Source: Mobula hypostoma | Lineage: Eukaryota | NCBI RefSeq assembly: GCF_963921235.1 | Contig: NC_086097.1 | Coordinates: forward strand, 106,084,001 to 106,148,000 | Reading direction: 5' to 3' | Length of the DNA: 64,000 nt | Shown: piece after piece, positions 25,079 to 37,890 of the stretch | Numbering within the stretch: position 1 is the stretch's first letter | Layout of the letters: each line of letters starts with the position of its first letter | Notes under the pieces: generated by a model | Seen by the model: only the letters and a program-made list of their open reading frames with translations | The model's database searches: none | What the model was told of the DNA's origin: nothing | Position numbers and translations under genes: made by a program

Positions 25079-26235
25079 TCTTTGGTGCAGTTCACCGACT
25101 CAAGGCAATCCTGTATATGCTCCTCTGCCTGTACGCAGGAAGTAAAAGCATGGCCAGCTGTCCAGATTTGCCAAGGTGTGCAGACAGGATGGCTCAGCAG
25201 GCCACCTGATGGTGGTGTGACAGTTGCTGAGTATTGTGAGGCTTCTAGTTTTGCAGGTGACATTTAGGTCATAGTTTGGGAGAGGATACTTCACAATAGC
25301 CTGGTTGAGGCCCACGTGATGTCAGGGATGTTAATCACGGTACTCAATTTCTGCAATGTCAGATGCGGGCCTCCCTGCAGTGGGATATACAGAGTATTCG
25401 TGACACTGGTGAAGAACTCCCTTGGCAGGTGGTATGGATGATGCTTGACTGCCTGATGTTCCAGCGAGACTGAGACAGAGCAGCCACGTCCGAATATCAT
25501 GATAAGTTAATTAAGAAGCAATTGCTGCTGCCTTTGGCTTCACCTGATGCAGTGGTCCAATCCATGGAATGAATGGTGAAACTTTCTGGCTGGAGTGCCA
25601 AGTCCTGAGAGCCGGGTGGGTCATATCTTTGTGAAACAGAATACATAGCAGTCCTTCATGTCCCTCTGGTCTTTAGTCTTACATCTTGTTTTCCAGTGCA
25701 AATTAACTAGGAAGTTGCTCGGAAGATTAGGTCTCAAGCCAAGACTTACCTGAAATTCTCCCCAGCAACCACATTTTCTAGCAGGATGGAGGTCTCCCTG
25801 AAGTTTCCCGCTGCTGTATTCACTTTCTGGGTGTGGTGTGATCTGCAGAGTCTATCAGGTCTGCCTGGTAGTTGTAAATTCATTCAGGTGGGAATTTAGT
25901 TGCACAGATAGAATGACTTAAAGCATTGTTAGATCCTGCAACCATTATGGCTGTAGATTATAGCTTTTAAAAGTAAACATGGAAATATTTTAGTGTTCCC
26001 TTCGGAGCTGCCTGCAAAACATCAGCACTTTCCAGTGCTCTTTTTTGCAAAACCATCTTCTCAGTTGATGTTTCTTTGTTTTCTACAAAAACATCAATAA
26101 AGGCTACAAAAATCAAGAAGCAAACATTTCTCTGGAAACCCTGTTGCAAATACAATTTATGCAGCCTCAGAAAACACGTATTAATCAATTCTTGGTTAAA
26201 CAAGGGAAAGATGGATAGAATTTGCTTTATTACAC

Positions 26236-27066
26236 AGATGGCGCCAGCAAACAATGCGACCAACGGCGACATCCCGCAGACAGTTCACAAAACTACTTCT
26301 TTCAAGCATGATTCTACTGCTAAGCTGCATGTGATTGGAAGCTGTGATTTACATTTTGGTGGTGTGTTTGGGCCCACTGAGTGATCTGGTACATTGCTGT
26401 TCTCGAGGGAGTTTGGTGAGGTTTGGAGTGGATTGTGTAGCCTGGAAGCCTAGCAGCCTGGAGACAGAGTGGGAACCCATGATTGACTCCATTGCTTTTC
26501 CTCGAATGAGGCCTTGAGCAAGGTTAAAGTTGATGAGGCCAAGAGAGGAGGACGGTTGGGTGTACGGCACAGTCTGCCTGTGTTTGACCAGACTTCCTCT
26601 CCCTCTCACTTGCTGTTGTTGGAGGAAAGTTCAGGAGTCTTGGGATGCACCTTGATCAGTGAGGCCGTGGACTGATTTTGGGGAACTCTGAGGTTCATGT
26701 TGTATGTATTTCTGGACACTGCTTCCTCTTCTTTTTGGCTGTTTTTCAGTGGTTTGATCAGGCGATTGATGCGGACAGGCACATTTTGGTGAAGATTGCT
26801 TTGCTCTGCGGCCTGCAGTGGGCTAGCAATGTGACACTGAACTGAACTAAACTGAATACTACTGGACTGCTGATTTGATATTTGACATTCTATGAGTTGT
26901 TCGCCTGCTTTTTGCCAGTTGCACAATGTTCTTTTATCGCGCGTTGTGTGCTTGATGTTTTTTTGAATGGGCTCCATGATGTTTCTTTGTTTCATGGCTG
27001 CCTGTGTAAGGACGAATCTCAGAGTTGTATACTGTATACATACTTCGATAATAAATGTATATTGAA
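26236..27066 (+). mobile_element. Non-coding repeat with Rex1-type 3' tail (putative non-autonomous element)
   Basis: GC-richer body starting GATGGCGCC; tail GAATCTCAGAGTTGTATA...CTTCGATAATAAATGTA; no RT motifs seen. Confidence 0.5.
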
Positions 27067-27709
27067 TAAATGTACTGTATGGTGACCACATTAAGTGGTG
27101 TGAAGCCTTTATAAACTCATAGATTTGAATAATTATCTCAGAAATATGAAAAGGTTGCATGACTGAAGGTGTCCATTTTGCCCAGTGAAGCTGTCCAGCT
27201 CAATGCATGATCAATCTACCTGTTCCCTTCCACCTCCTCATAGTCCTGCAGATTTTACCATTCAAATACTTATTACATTCCCTTTTAAATGTCATGACTA
27301 AATATGCCTTCCCTGTTCCCCTGACAGTGCATTCCTGGTTCCTGGTTCTAGCCATTTCCAGTGTCCTCATATTTTCACTCTGTCTGCTCAGTCTAGTCCC
27401 TTCACAATGCCAAATTATTTCCTTTCGGCCTTTTCTGTTCCAGGAAAATAACTTCAGCTTCTCCAATCTATCATGCATGTATGGATTAATTTTGGTAAAA
27501 CTCTTTTTGCATCTTTCCTGAAGCTTGGCACTCAGAAAGGAATGCAGCACTTCAACTGTGGCAAAACCAGTATCCTGTGAAGATTCATCAAGAACCCTAC
27601 CTTTACAGTTTGGTTTGAGTCCAATATGATTATTTAGTCACTTTCTCAACCTGGCCTGACTCACATAACAAATAATTATATACTCGCAACTCAAGATCTC
27701 GTTATAGCT

Positions 27710-29045
27710 GGTGAGAGCAGGTGGATGGGAAAGGTAAAGGGTTGGAGAAGAAGGAATCTGATAGGAGAGGAGAGAGGAGAAAGAGAAGGAGGAAGGGACT
27801 CAGCGTGATAGGCAGGTGAGAAGAGGTAAAAGTAGGGAATAGAGGAAGGGGAAGAGGTGGGAATTTTTTTACTGGAAGGAAAAATCGATAATCATGCCAT
27901 CAGGTTGGAGGCTACCCAGATGGAATATAAGGTGTCACTCCTTCACCCTGAGTGTGGGCTCATCTTTGCACAAGAGGAAGACATGGACTGGGAATGGGAT
28001 TCAGAATTAACAGTGCTTGCGTCTTCGGAAACAGCTCTATTTCCACCTTTAATATCTTTATTTTACCTTTCCAGGGTTCTTTTGAAGACCCTGACCTGTA
28101 GTTACATGCAGGCTTCTGTTCTTTGCAAGAATGGGACCCATCCTCGGGGTTCCATGACTGGCTATTATTCGACATGCCAAGGGTTTGGCCTGAGAGTCTT
28201 GATCATGTTTGGAAGCCTAAGATCTCAGGGCTCTGGAGGCAGGGGGATCGAGGGTCGGCATCACGGCAGGAGACTCGTGTGTCGTCGGGTAGGCCAGAAA
28301 ATCTTTCTCCGTGGGCCCGAAGACCCGAGGTCTTTGCGATCTTTGGACACAGAGCTCGAAAAAAGTGACGAAACGGACTTTTAACATTGTAAACCGCTAA
28401 TATGTAATTGTTGTTATGTCTCCCACTTGCTGTGAAAATGGGGGACACCTCCCTCTCCCTTGCCAGGGAGAGAGAGAACCTGAGGTTTGTCGAATGTTGG
28501 ATGAAATGAAAAGTCTTTGCAGTAACTTTGGTCTGTGTCTTTTCTGTTGCTTAGCACACGCTTGGGCTCAGTGACGGTACCAATGCGCTTTGTTTTTGCT
28601 GGTGGGGGGATTGGGGATCGTTGCTTTCTGCTGCTTACGTGCAGGAGGGGGAGGACTGGGCGTTTATTCTTTGAGACACCTCTCTGTTTACGAAGAAAAA
28701 GCATTTCAGGATGTATATTGTATACATTTCTCTGACATTAAATTTGACCTTTGAACTTTTGAAAATGTTTCACCACTGGGAAGTTCTGGTTTTGGCAGAG
28801 GGAGCAGAGGTGTTCAACAAAGCTGTCCCTTAGTTTATGATGGGTCATACCAATGTAGAGGAGGCCTCATCGGGAGCATTGGACACAGTAGGCGACCCCA
28901 GCAGCTTTGCAGGTGAAGTGTTGCCTCAGCTGGAAGAACTGTTTCGGGCAGTGAATTGAGGTGAGGGAGGAGGTGTATGGGCAGGTGTAGCATTGAGGCC
29001 ATTTGCAGGGGTAAGTGCTGGAGGGAGGGACAAATGAACAAGGGA
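27710..29045 (-). mobile_element. Penelope-like element remnant (GIY-YIG endonuclease C-terminus), interrupted by a Rex1-tailed repeat at ~28010-28762
   Basis: Minus strand reads TYPCKWPQCYTCPY...HFTCKAAGVAYCVQCSR*GLLYIG (28850-29020) and HLIFHLGSLQPDGMIIDFSF* (27870-27945), followed by a pyrimidine-rich tract. Confidence 0.8.
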
Positions 29046-29206
29046 ATCATCAATTGTTTATTCATTTCCATAGGTAATCTGCTCATGGAGTCAGAAGGCA
29101 TAGTTTTGAGCAATAAGTGGGGGTTTGGGTGAATTTAATGAAAATGCTTCAATGCAGTGTGAATAATGACTTATGACCTTATTAAAAACTGTTGAAAGTA
29201 GTTTCA

Positions 29207-29328
29207 AACAAGAGAGAATCTGCAGAAGCCGAAAATCCAAACAACACACATAAAATGCTGAATGAACTCAGCAGACCAGGCAGCATCTATGGAAGTTAAA
29301 GGTTTGAGATGAGACCCTTCATCAGGAC
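29207..29328 (-). mobile_element. Penelope-like terminal-repeat fragment with degenerate hammerhead
   Basis: Colinear with 17717-17850; minus strand GTC-CTGATGA-AGGGTCTC then decayed. Confidence 0.7.
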
Positions 29329-29632
29329 ATTGATAAAGTAGAATTTATCTAAGGCTCTGGAAAATTATCAATAATTCAAACTAGTAAAAGATGAATTCTA
29401 TCAAACTAAATAAGAGCTTAATTTCAAGAAAGCATATTCAACTTTGGCTTTTTCCACAAAGCATGCAGACTCTGCACCTTTCCATGCTCAACATTTATGA
29501 AGCAACACTGTTAGTATCTGGTGACATAATAAAATTGATAATGTGGCACTTTCAGATAACAATAATAACACACAATATTCTATACAACATTTATGTTGGT
29601 TTGGTCCTTCAGTAATGAAAATATAACTAATC

Positions 29633-29766
29633 TAAGTCCTGAGGAAAAGTTTTGGCCCGAAAAGTCGACTGTTTGTTCATTTCCATAGATACTGTCTGAC
29701 CTGAGTTCCTCCAACATTTTGTATGTGGTGCTTTGGATTTCCAGCATCTGCAGAATTTCTTGTGTT
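29633..29766 (+). mobile_element. Short Penelope-like insertion beginning at a degenerate hammerhead
   Basis: TSD TATAACTAATC (29622-29632, 29767-29777). AGTC-CTGAGGA-...-GAAA-AG-TC-GACT at the 5' end; stem II disrupted. Confidence 0.78.
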
Positions 29767-29780
29767 TATAACTAATCCTT

Positions 29781-30210
29781 AGAGAAGATTCACTAGAATG
29801 ATTCCTGGAATGAGAGGGTTAACATATGAGGAACATTTGTCCGCTCTTGGACTGTATTCCTTGGAGTTTAGAAGAATGAGGGGGGACCTCATAGAAACAT
29901 TTGGAATGTTGAAAGGCATGGACAGTGTGGATGTGGCAAAGTTGTTTCCCATGATGGGGGAGTCTAGTACGAGAGGGCATGACTTAAGGATTGAAGGGCG
30001 CCCATTCAGAACAGAAATGCGAAGACATTTTTTTAGTCAGAGGGTGGTGAATCTATGGAATTTGTTGCCACGGGCAGCAGTGGCGGCCAAGTTATTGGGT
30101 GTATTTAAGGTATTGATAGGTATCTGAGTAGCCAGGGCATCAAAGGTTATGGTGAGAAGGCGGGGGAGTGGGACTGATGGCCGACTTCTGCTCCTTTGTC
30201 TTATGGTCTT
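29781..30210 (+). mobile_element. CR1 3' fragment, same subfamily as 6445-9507
   Basis: ORF 29798-30127 is nearly identical to the C-terminus of 7996-9261; same tail. Confidence 0.92.
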
Positions 30211-30477
30211 AGATACTTTCCTTTGGTACAATTTCTTCCAGTTCTTTGGGTTAAAGAACATCTTCTAGATCTGGACTGGACTGGTTGTGAGACCTATTGC
30301 CCAGCTATTATCTACATGCTTGGAAGTACACAGTCTGTTATTATTCTGTCAGAAATACTCTTTGGTAGTCTTTTTCAGGTATTCCTCCAATATCAGATAC
30401 CATTCTCGATTGTGATCTTGGTTAATTTGGGATGTGGTTTTTATTCAGGCAGCCACTTCACCCTGCTCCAACAATGC

Positions 30478-30945
30478 CATCTCTGCTAGCTGAGCCATGT
30501 ACACCACATGTCAGACGGGTGGATCCCGAAAGACCTGCTGTATGGGCAACTGGCCTCTGGCAAGAGAGCACAAGGGCTCTCTTCATTTCAAAGATGTCTG
30601 GAAGAGAGACATGAAGTCACTGAAAATGAACGTCGAGAGGTGGGAGGACATCGCAAGCGATCGCTCTCTCTGGAGGCTGGAACTACACAGAGGTCTAAAA
30701 AGGGGTGAAGAGAAGCTGAGGCTTGCTGCTGAAGAAAAGCGCACTCGTCGGAAAAGCAGCACCAAGACAACACTGGAGGACAGCGCCTTCAAGTGCAGTC
30801 GCTAAAGCTGAGACTGTCACTCCTGAGTGGGCCTCTACAGCTACAACAGACGCTGCTCTACCTACACAGACTGAAGCAAGACTTTCCAGGTGCAGATCCA
30901 TGGTCTCGTGAGACTAACAGATGCCACCACCACCACCATCACCAC
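30478..30945 (+). mobile_element. RTE-clade LINE 3' fragment
   Basis: WLSHVHHMSDGWIPKDLLYGQL, FKDVWKRDMK and ASDRSLWR motifs, a C-terminal zinc-finger remnant and a (CCA)n tail. Confidence 0.85.
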
Positions 30946-31123
30946 TGCAGCCACATCTAGTTTTAGTCTGTGTTGTTCATCCACGTTGTGTCTTCAGCTC
31001 TTGGCAGTAGTAGATCTCTGGCACTTCCATTGAGGAAATGTACCCTTCTTCTGCTGTCTCCATATCTAGAACTATAGTTCTGTTATTGGGAGCAGAGTTC
31101 CAGTTTGCATGCCACTTAGTTAC

Positions 31124-31394
31124 TTTTTATTTAGAGATAGAGCACGAATAAGTTTGACCCCCAATTTAACCCTAGCCTAATCATGGGGCAGTTTACAATG
31201 ATCAGTTGACCTACTAACTAGTATATCTTCGGACTCTGGAAGGAAACTGGAGAAAGACCACATATTCCATGGGGTGGACGTACAGACTCTCTACAGATGA
31301 TGTCGGAATTGAACTCTGAACTCTAACACTCCGAGCTGTCGTAAGTAGCTGTGCTACTGAGACACTCTGCACCACTGAGACACGCTGTGCCACC
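31124..31394 (-). mobile_element. V-SINE
   Basis: Reverse complement of the 9859-10160 family (B-box GAGTTCAATTCC, V-core). Confidence 0.75.
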
Positions 31395-32139
31395 AAGACA
31401 CTCTTCTCATCATTTCTTGGTTGAAGCACTGCAGAATCGCTCAAGTGGAGGTTGGGGGGGTGTCTAACTGCGATCACGTCGTTGTTCTTTGGCCATAGTT
31501 TTCCTAGTCTTTCCACTACCCTGTGGAAAGTAAGGTGATGTTCTTGGGTGACTGGGGTACCAATTGTTTGTGAACCTCAGAAGGCTGCCAGCTATGATTT
31601 GCAGCCCATAATCTGTGATGGGCAGTCTAGAAATGCCAACTCTGCCATACTGTTCTTTGCATAGGCCAATGATTATCAAAAACTGAAAAATAATCAGGTG
31701 TCACCAATCTATTTATCCACATTGAGCTGACCTGACTTTTGCACAGTTCTGGCTGAGTCTTGAAAATGCTTCAGTCTCATTCTTCTTCAGATATCTACAT
31801 TCCATGCACATACCCTGATTTCACCTTTCACAATGGTGAGCAAATACCCTCTCTCAGGTTGTGGTATGAGCAGTGAATGTGTTTGATCATGTTATCCTTT
31901 TCCCTCAGAAGATCAAGTCACTTTGACGGCCCAGTTTATTTTTCAGAAGGGCACGTGATTTGAGATCTAGTTCAGCCATATGATGTGCCTCCTTCAATCC
32001 AGTCTGAATTATCCACTTTCAGCACTGCATTATCTCATTTTGAGTAGAAATCTTTTCAATCTCCTGCAATCAAGAGTTTGGAATACTTTGCACCATGGTG
32101 AGTGCCTCATGCTCAGTATCCTCAGGATATCTTATTTCC

Positions 32140-32800
32140 CTAAGTCTCAGTTGAGTACTGTAGGTAGATGGCCAGATCTGCACACAATACTCCAAATTTA
32201 ACCTCACCAAAATCTTATCCAACCTCAACATGACACCCAACTCAGGACTCTGATTTATTACAGCCAATGTGCCAAAAGCCCTCTTTATGACCTTCTCTAC
32301 CTGTGACACCACTTTCAAGGAATGATGAATCTGTATTCCCAGATTCCTTTGTTCTACTGCACTCCCAGTGCCCTACCATTCACTGTTGAAGTCCTGGTTT
32401 GTCCTTCCAAAGTGCAACTCCTCACACTTGTCTGCCCTAAATTCAATCTACCATTCCTCAACCCATTTTTTCAGCTGGTCCAGATCCTGCCCCAAGCTTT
32501 GATAGCCTTCTTCCCTGTCCACTACGTCCCCCTACGTTTGGTGTTATCTACAAATTTTTGATACAGTTTGACACATTATCATCCAGATTGTTGATATGGC
32601 TGACAGATAACACTGAACTCAGCACCAATCCCAGCAGCACACCACTAGTCACAAGCCCCCAGTCAAGAGGCAACTATCTATTACCACTCTCTGGCTTATC
32701 CTGTGAAGCCTATATGGAATCCAATTTATTATCTCATCTTGAATGCCAAGTGACTGAACCTTCATGACCAGCCTCCCAGGTGGGACTTTGCCAAATGTCC
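32140..32800 (-). mobile_element. Degraded CR1 RT fragment
   Basis: FGKVPPGRLV and LVRLNLEYCVQIW remnants. Confidence 0.75.
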
Positions 32801-33064
32801 ATACCTCTGGCCTTGCTACTAATGGCTGGACAGCTGCTTCCCCTTGAGTTTCCAATCAGTTTGATTAACAGTTCAGTGAATGCACATGAATAGACCAAAC
32901 TTTAAACTTCTCAGACATATCAGCCGCCAGATGGGCACATCTAATACCCCTCTCTGGAGCCCAATATCAATCCCACGACCACTCAAATTAGTAAGGTAAT
33001 TTTGGGCTTACATCAACCCAATGACACTCATCGTATATCAGTGACTAATTACAGATGGTTCGAT

Positions 33065-33386
33065 TGCTGCGTCATTTTGGGTGGATTTTAAATTGTCACC
33101 GCTATATAGGTTTGTCAGAGAGTGAAATGCATTGTTCGTGTACAAGCAAGTCAGCGAGGATTATGGTGAGGGCAGCTTGCAAGTCTCGCCATGGTTCTGG
33201 CGCCAACATCGCATGCTCACAATTTAATAATCCTAACCATATGACTTTGGGGCATTTAGAAGAAACCACAAAGTCACAGAGAGAATGTACAAACTCCTTA
33301 CGGACAGTGGAAGAAATTGAACCCTTGTTGGTGATTGCTGCTGCTGCTGTAAAGCGATTTTGCTAACTACTACACTACCGTGCTGT
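33065..33386 (-). mobile_element. V-SINE variant
   Basis: GGTAGTGTAGTAG head, GGGTTCAATT B-box-like, TAAGGAGTTTGTACATTCTC core. Confidence 0.6.
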
Positions 33387-33758
33387 TCCTACTGCTTGTT
33401 AGTTCTCTCCATTTAGATCAATTATGCGACAGATGGGAATAAGAAATCCATTGTATCTCTTACTGATTCAGAGAAGCATAATGAAATGATCCAGGTAGCT
33501 AGAAATTTATATTCACAATAATCTCACCAAATTTACAATGAAAATGGAAACCTGGAAGAAAACTCAGTTGGTTAGAACATAAAATGTACTTGTATTTGGT
33601 GAACATTCCCTCTTGTTCTTTTTCTCTGTCCTCCTTTTCATGGGTCTCAAAGCAGCTGCTGATGCATACAATTTCAAAAGCAGCCACAGGGAGCTGTGCA
33701 GGAACAGCTTGAATTTGGCTCTTTTACTGATTTCCCTCTCTTTGTGCATTTGGCCTTC

Positions 33759-33902
33759 CCACTGAATATAGCCACAGCAATACTGGTTAGATCTGCAATT
33801 CAGCCATTGAATATAACCCCAGCAATTCAGCCACTGAATATAGCCAAGGCAATTCACCCACTGAATATAACCACAGCAATACTGGTTAGATCAGCAATTC
33901 AG
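33759..33902. repeat. Minisatellite (27-bp unit with 45-bp variant)
   Basis: Repeated CCACTGAATATARCCACAGCAAT(TCAG), with ATACTGGTTAGATC inserted in the first and last units. Confidence 0.85.
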
Positions 33903-34369
33903 TTTGTGAGGAAATTGAAGGTGTAGCAATCTTGATTTGCTGTTTATATTTAATTGAATTATTGTCAACGTGTATGCAATTGTACCATTTACAGTGGCAA
34001 TTACGAATCATTGTTTCTTTACTTCTTTTTTAATGGGAATAAAAAACTTAGCTGGGCAAATACCGTTTGCTCCAGAGGTATTTTCATGGTAGTAAATTAA
34101 TTTAAGTCAATTATATATCACATGCACAAGTACTTCTACGCTGATAAGACTTTAGTAAAGATACTGCACTTTCTACAATTAGCACAATGTTGCATTTTTA
34201 AATGTCTTTTATAATGAATATTTTGGACAGTAGTACAGTTCAAATTATTTACCATCTTTGAGAGCTGTGATTGTAAATGCTAAATTAACCTGTCACTTCA
34301 GTCCAGTCTATTAAATTTTGCGCTATCGAACTGACAGTAAAGCTTAAATTATCCCATGGTGATTCTTAC

Positions 34370-34588
34370 CACTATGTGAATTCATGTGAATTTCAAGAGC
34401 TCTAGCATTGGGGAAGCTTTTGTTACATTGTGGGTAAGAACATGGTTGCTGAAGAGGACCAGCTTCTTTTTCTTCTGGCAGTGAAGATGCTTCCCTTTGT
34501 CTCCCACTGCAGTAGTACATGAGATGAGCTTGCAGGTTCCGTTCACTGCGGTACCAAATTCCACATGATTTGCATGGGAAGATGTCTT
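34370..34588 (-). CDS. ZFPM2: ZFPM2 penultimate coding exon (219 nt): ZF1 (CCHC) and ZF2 (C2H2)
   Basis: (K)[32 protein letters not shown]...[24 protein letters not shown]. Acceptor tttaatgcag|AA and donor G|gtaaga; the frame joins both neighbouring exons. Confidence 0.97.
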
Positions 34589-36030
34589 CTGCATTAAACG
34601 AACACATAATATACTGCAAATGAAATCAGGTAGTTGTGTTCATGATAACGATGTTACATGTTGCAATCTGTGTCTATGATGCACTTTTCCAAATAATAGA
34701 ACAATCTTTTTCTATTTAACAACAGGTTCAACACAAATGATGAATTTTGATTATATTACAACTACCTGCTAAAATATAATATAATATAAACCGAATGATC
34801 TGTTGTTTCAGAATTAACTAATCTTTGAGCATGACATTATAACTTCCCAATACTAAAACTTGCAAAATACTTTGGGGAGCCTTCATGATCAGGGTGGGCC
34901 CATTTTATTTTTATTGTGTTCCCTATACTTTTATGCGGAACTGGAGTAACAATCGTTTTGTTCTCCTTTACAGTCAAATATTGAAGAATGACAATAAATA
35001 ATCTTGAATCTTGAAGCTGGAAGGAACAGAGCTGATTGCAAATGTCTGAAGCACCGAATTATTGTATGAAAGAGTACTTTTCATTCTTCCTTTAGATTTT
35101 TAGCATGTGTCCTTTGCTTTCTACTTCTCAGAATTTAATCAAGTGGATGTTGTATACGAAACAGACATGGCCAAATACTTAAATTGAAGAAGGCAACTAT
35201 TTAACTTTGTCAGGGGTATATGAGAAGTCGCACTTTTACTGCTGATGGTCAATATTTTATTGCTTCTCATATTACCCCCCCAACGCACCTCCGGACAAAG
35301 TTAAATATTTACCATCTGATTCTGCAGGTACACCGAAATTAAAAGGAAGTAAAAACAAGTGTAAAATTGTTTGTTGAGATTCCTTTATCACCTGACCACT
35401 GAAATTCAAAATCAATGAATAACAAGAGAATAAAAACAAATAACTCTGAACGAAAGTGGCAAGGGCCAGATTTCTTTCTCTGCCTCTGCCTGCTTTTATT
35501 TTTCAACACACAGCATGAAGGGGGCCTTGTACATCAATTGTGCAAGTGATGTTGTGAGTCTCTGCTTTGAAGTAGCGAATGAGAGACCAACACCTTGCAG
35601 GGTGGGAGCCATTTGAAAGCTTCAAGTCTCACTGGGATGAGCCAATAAAGAGAAGGAAGGTGTAAGTAGAACTGCCATTGTTGGAGTGGGACAGTGTAAG
35701 AGTGGACCAGCTCTGGCTCAATGAGCTACAGTAAGAACAGGCTTGGACAATCACACACACAGGCTCTAAATAAATTCCTAGTAAGTTTTTTCCCAGTAAT
35801 TACATAGCAGGGCACTGAGAATGGGTCCAACGTTAGTGGTATGTTCCTTGAGTGAGATGTGGGAACCTTGGGAGACATTCACTCTCCCTGATAGCAACAT
35901 CTGCTCAAAGTGCACTGAGCTTCAGCCCCTTAGAGCCCATGTTAAAAAATCAGATCTGCAGCTCGATGACCTTCTCAATGACAGGAAAATGAGGAAATGA
36001 TAGGCAGGAACTACAGGGAAGTAGTCACCC

Positions 36031-37882
36031 TGTAAAAGCTTTTATAGATATGTAAAAAGGAAAAGACTGATAAAGACAAATGTAGGTCCCCTGCAGACAG
36101 AAACAGGTGAATTGATTATGGGGAGCAAGGACATGGCAGACCAATTGAATAATTACTTTGGTTCTGTCTTCACTAAGGAGGACATAAATAATCTTCCAGA
36201 AATAGTAAGGGACAGAGGGTCCAGTGAGATGGAGGAACTGAGTGAAATACATGTTAGTAGGGAAGTGGTGTTAGGTAAATTGAAGGGATTGAAGGCAGAT
36301 AAATCCCCAGGGCCAGATGGTCTGCATCCCAGAGTGCTTAAGGAAGTAGCCCAAGAAATAGTGGATGCATTAGTGATAATTTTTCAAAACTCGTTAGATT
36401 CTGGACTAGTTCCTGAGGATTGGAGGGTGGCTAATGTAACCCCACTTTTTAAAAAAGGAGGGAGAGAGAAACCGGGGAATTATAGGCCGGTTAGCCTAAC
36501 GTCGGTGGTGGGGAAACTGCTGGAGTCAGTTATCAAGGATGTGATAACAGCACATTTGGAAAGCGGTGAAATGATCGGACAAAGTCAGCATGGATTTGTG
36601 AAACGAAAATCATGTCTGACGAATCTCATAGAATTTTTTGAGGATGTAACTAGTAGAGTGGATAGGGGAGAACCAGTGGATGTGGTATATTTGGATTTTC
36701 AAAAGGCTTTTGACAAGGTCCCACACAGGAGATTAGTGTGCAAACTTAAAGCACACGGTATTGGGGGTAAGGTATTGGTGTGGGTGGAGAATTGGTTAGC
36801 AGACAGGAAGCAAAGAGTGGGAATAAACGGGACCTTTTCAGAATGGCAGGCGGTGACTAGTGGGGTACCGCAAGGCTCAGTGCTGGGACCCCAGTTGTTT
36901 ACAATATATATTAATGACTTGGATGAGGGAATTAAATGCAGCATCTCCAAGTTTGCGGATGACACGAAGCTGGGTGGCAGTGTTAGCAGTGAGGAGGATG
37001 CTAAGAGGATGCAGGGTGACTTGGATAGGTTGGGTGAGTGGGCAAACTCATGGCAGATGCAATTTAATGTGGATAAATGTGAAGTTATCCACTTTGGTGG
37101 CAAAAATAGGAAAACAGATTATTATCTGAATGGTGGCCGATTAGGAAAAGGGGAGGTGCAACGAGACCTGGGTGTCATTATACACCAGTCATTGAAAGTG
37201 GGCATGCAGGTACAGCAGGCGATGAAAAAGGCGAACGGTATGCTGGCATTTATAGCGAGAGGATTCGAGTACAGGAGCAGGGAGGTACTACTGCAGTTGT
37301 ACAAGGCCTTGGTGAGACCACACCTGGAGTATTGTGTGCAGTTTTGGTCTCCTAATCTGAGGAAAGACATCTTTGCCATAGAGGGAGTACAAAGAAGGTT
37401 CACCAGATTGATTCCTGGGATGGCAGGTCTTTCATATGAAGAAAGACTGGATGAACTGGGCTTGTACTCGTTGGAATTTAGAAGATTGAGGGGGGGATCT
37501 GATTGAAACGTATAAGATCCTAAAGGGATTGGACAGGCTAGATGCGGGAAGATTGTTCCCGATGTCGGGGAGGTCCAGAACAAGGGGTCACAGTTTGAGG
37601 ATAGAGGGGAAGCCTTTTAGGACCGAGATTAGGAAAAACTTCTTCACACAGAGAGTGGTGAATCTGTGGAATTCTCTGCCACAGCAAACTGTTGAGGCCA
37701 GTTCATTAGCTATGTTTAAGAGGGAGTTAGATATGGCCCTTGTGGCTACAGGGGTCAGGGGGTATTGAGGGAAGGCTGGGTTCTGAGTTGGATGATCAGC
37801 CATGATCATAATAAATGGCGGTGCAGGCTCGAAGGGCCGAATGGCCTACTCCTGCACCTATTTTCTATGTTTCTATGTTTCT
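36031..37882 (+). mobile_element. Young 5'-truncated CR1 (464-aa RT ORF)
   Basis: ORF 36112-37506 with a complete RT motif set; (TTTCTATG)n tail; TSD ACCC. Confidence 0.96.
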
Positions 37883-37890
37883 ACCCCTAA

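Larger units (their letters stand above)
23830..25930 (-). mobile_element. Very old RTE-like LINE remnant interrupted by younger repeats
   Basis: Only faint motif echoes by eye (FHQDLY-like and GDFN-like segments); no ORF. Confidence 0.3.

Noticed and set aside
25743..25752. Perfect minus-strand donor CAG|GTAAGT in the last intron
   Set aside because: It lies in a probable old RTE remnant, with no convincing acceptor or FOG-like frame upstream; the flanking real exons already join in frame.
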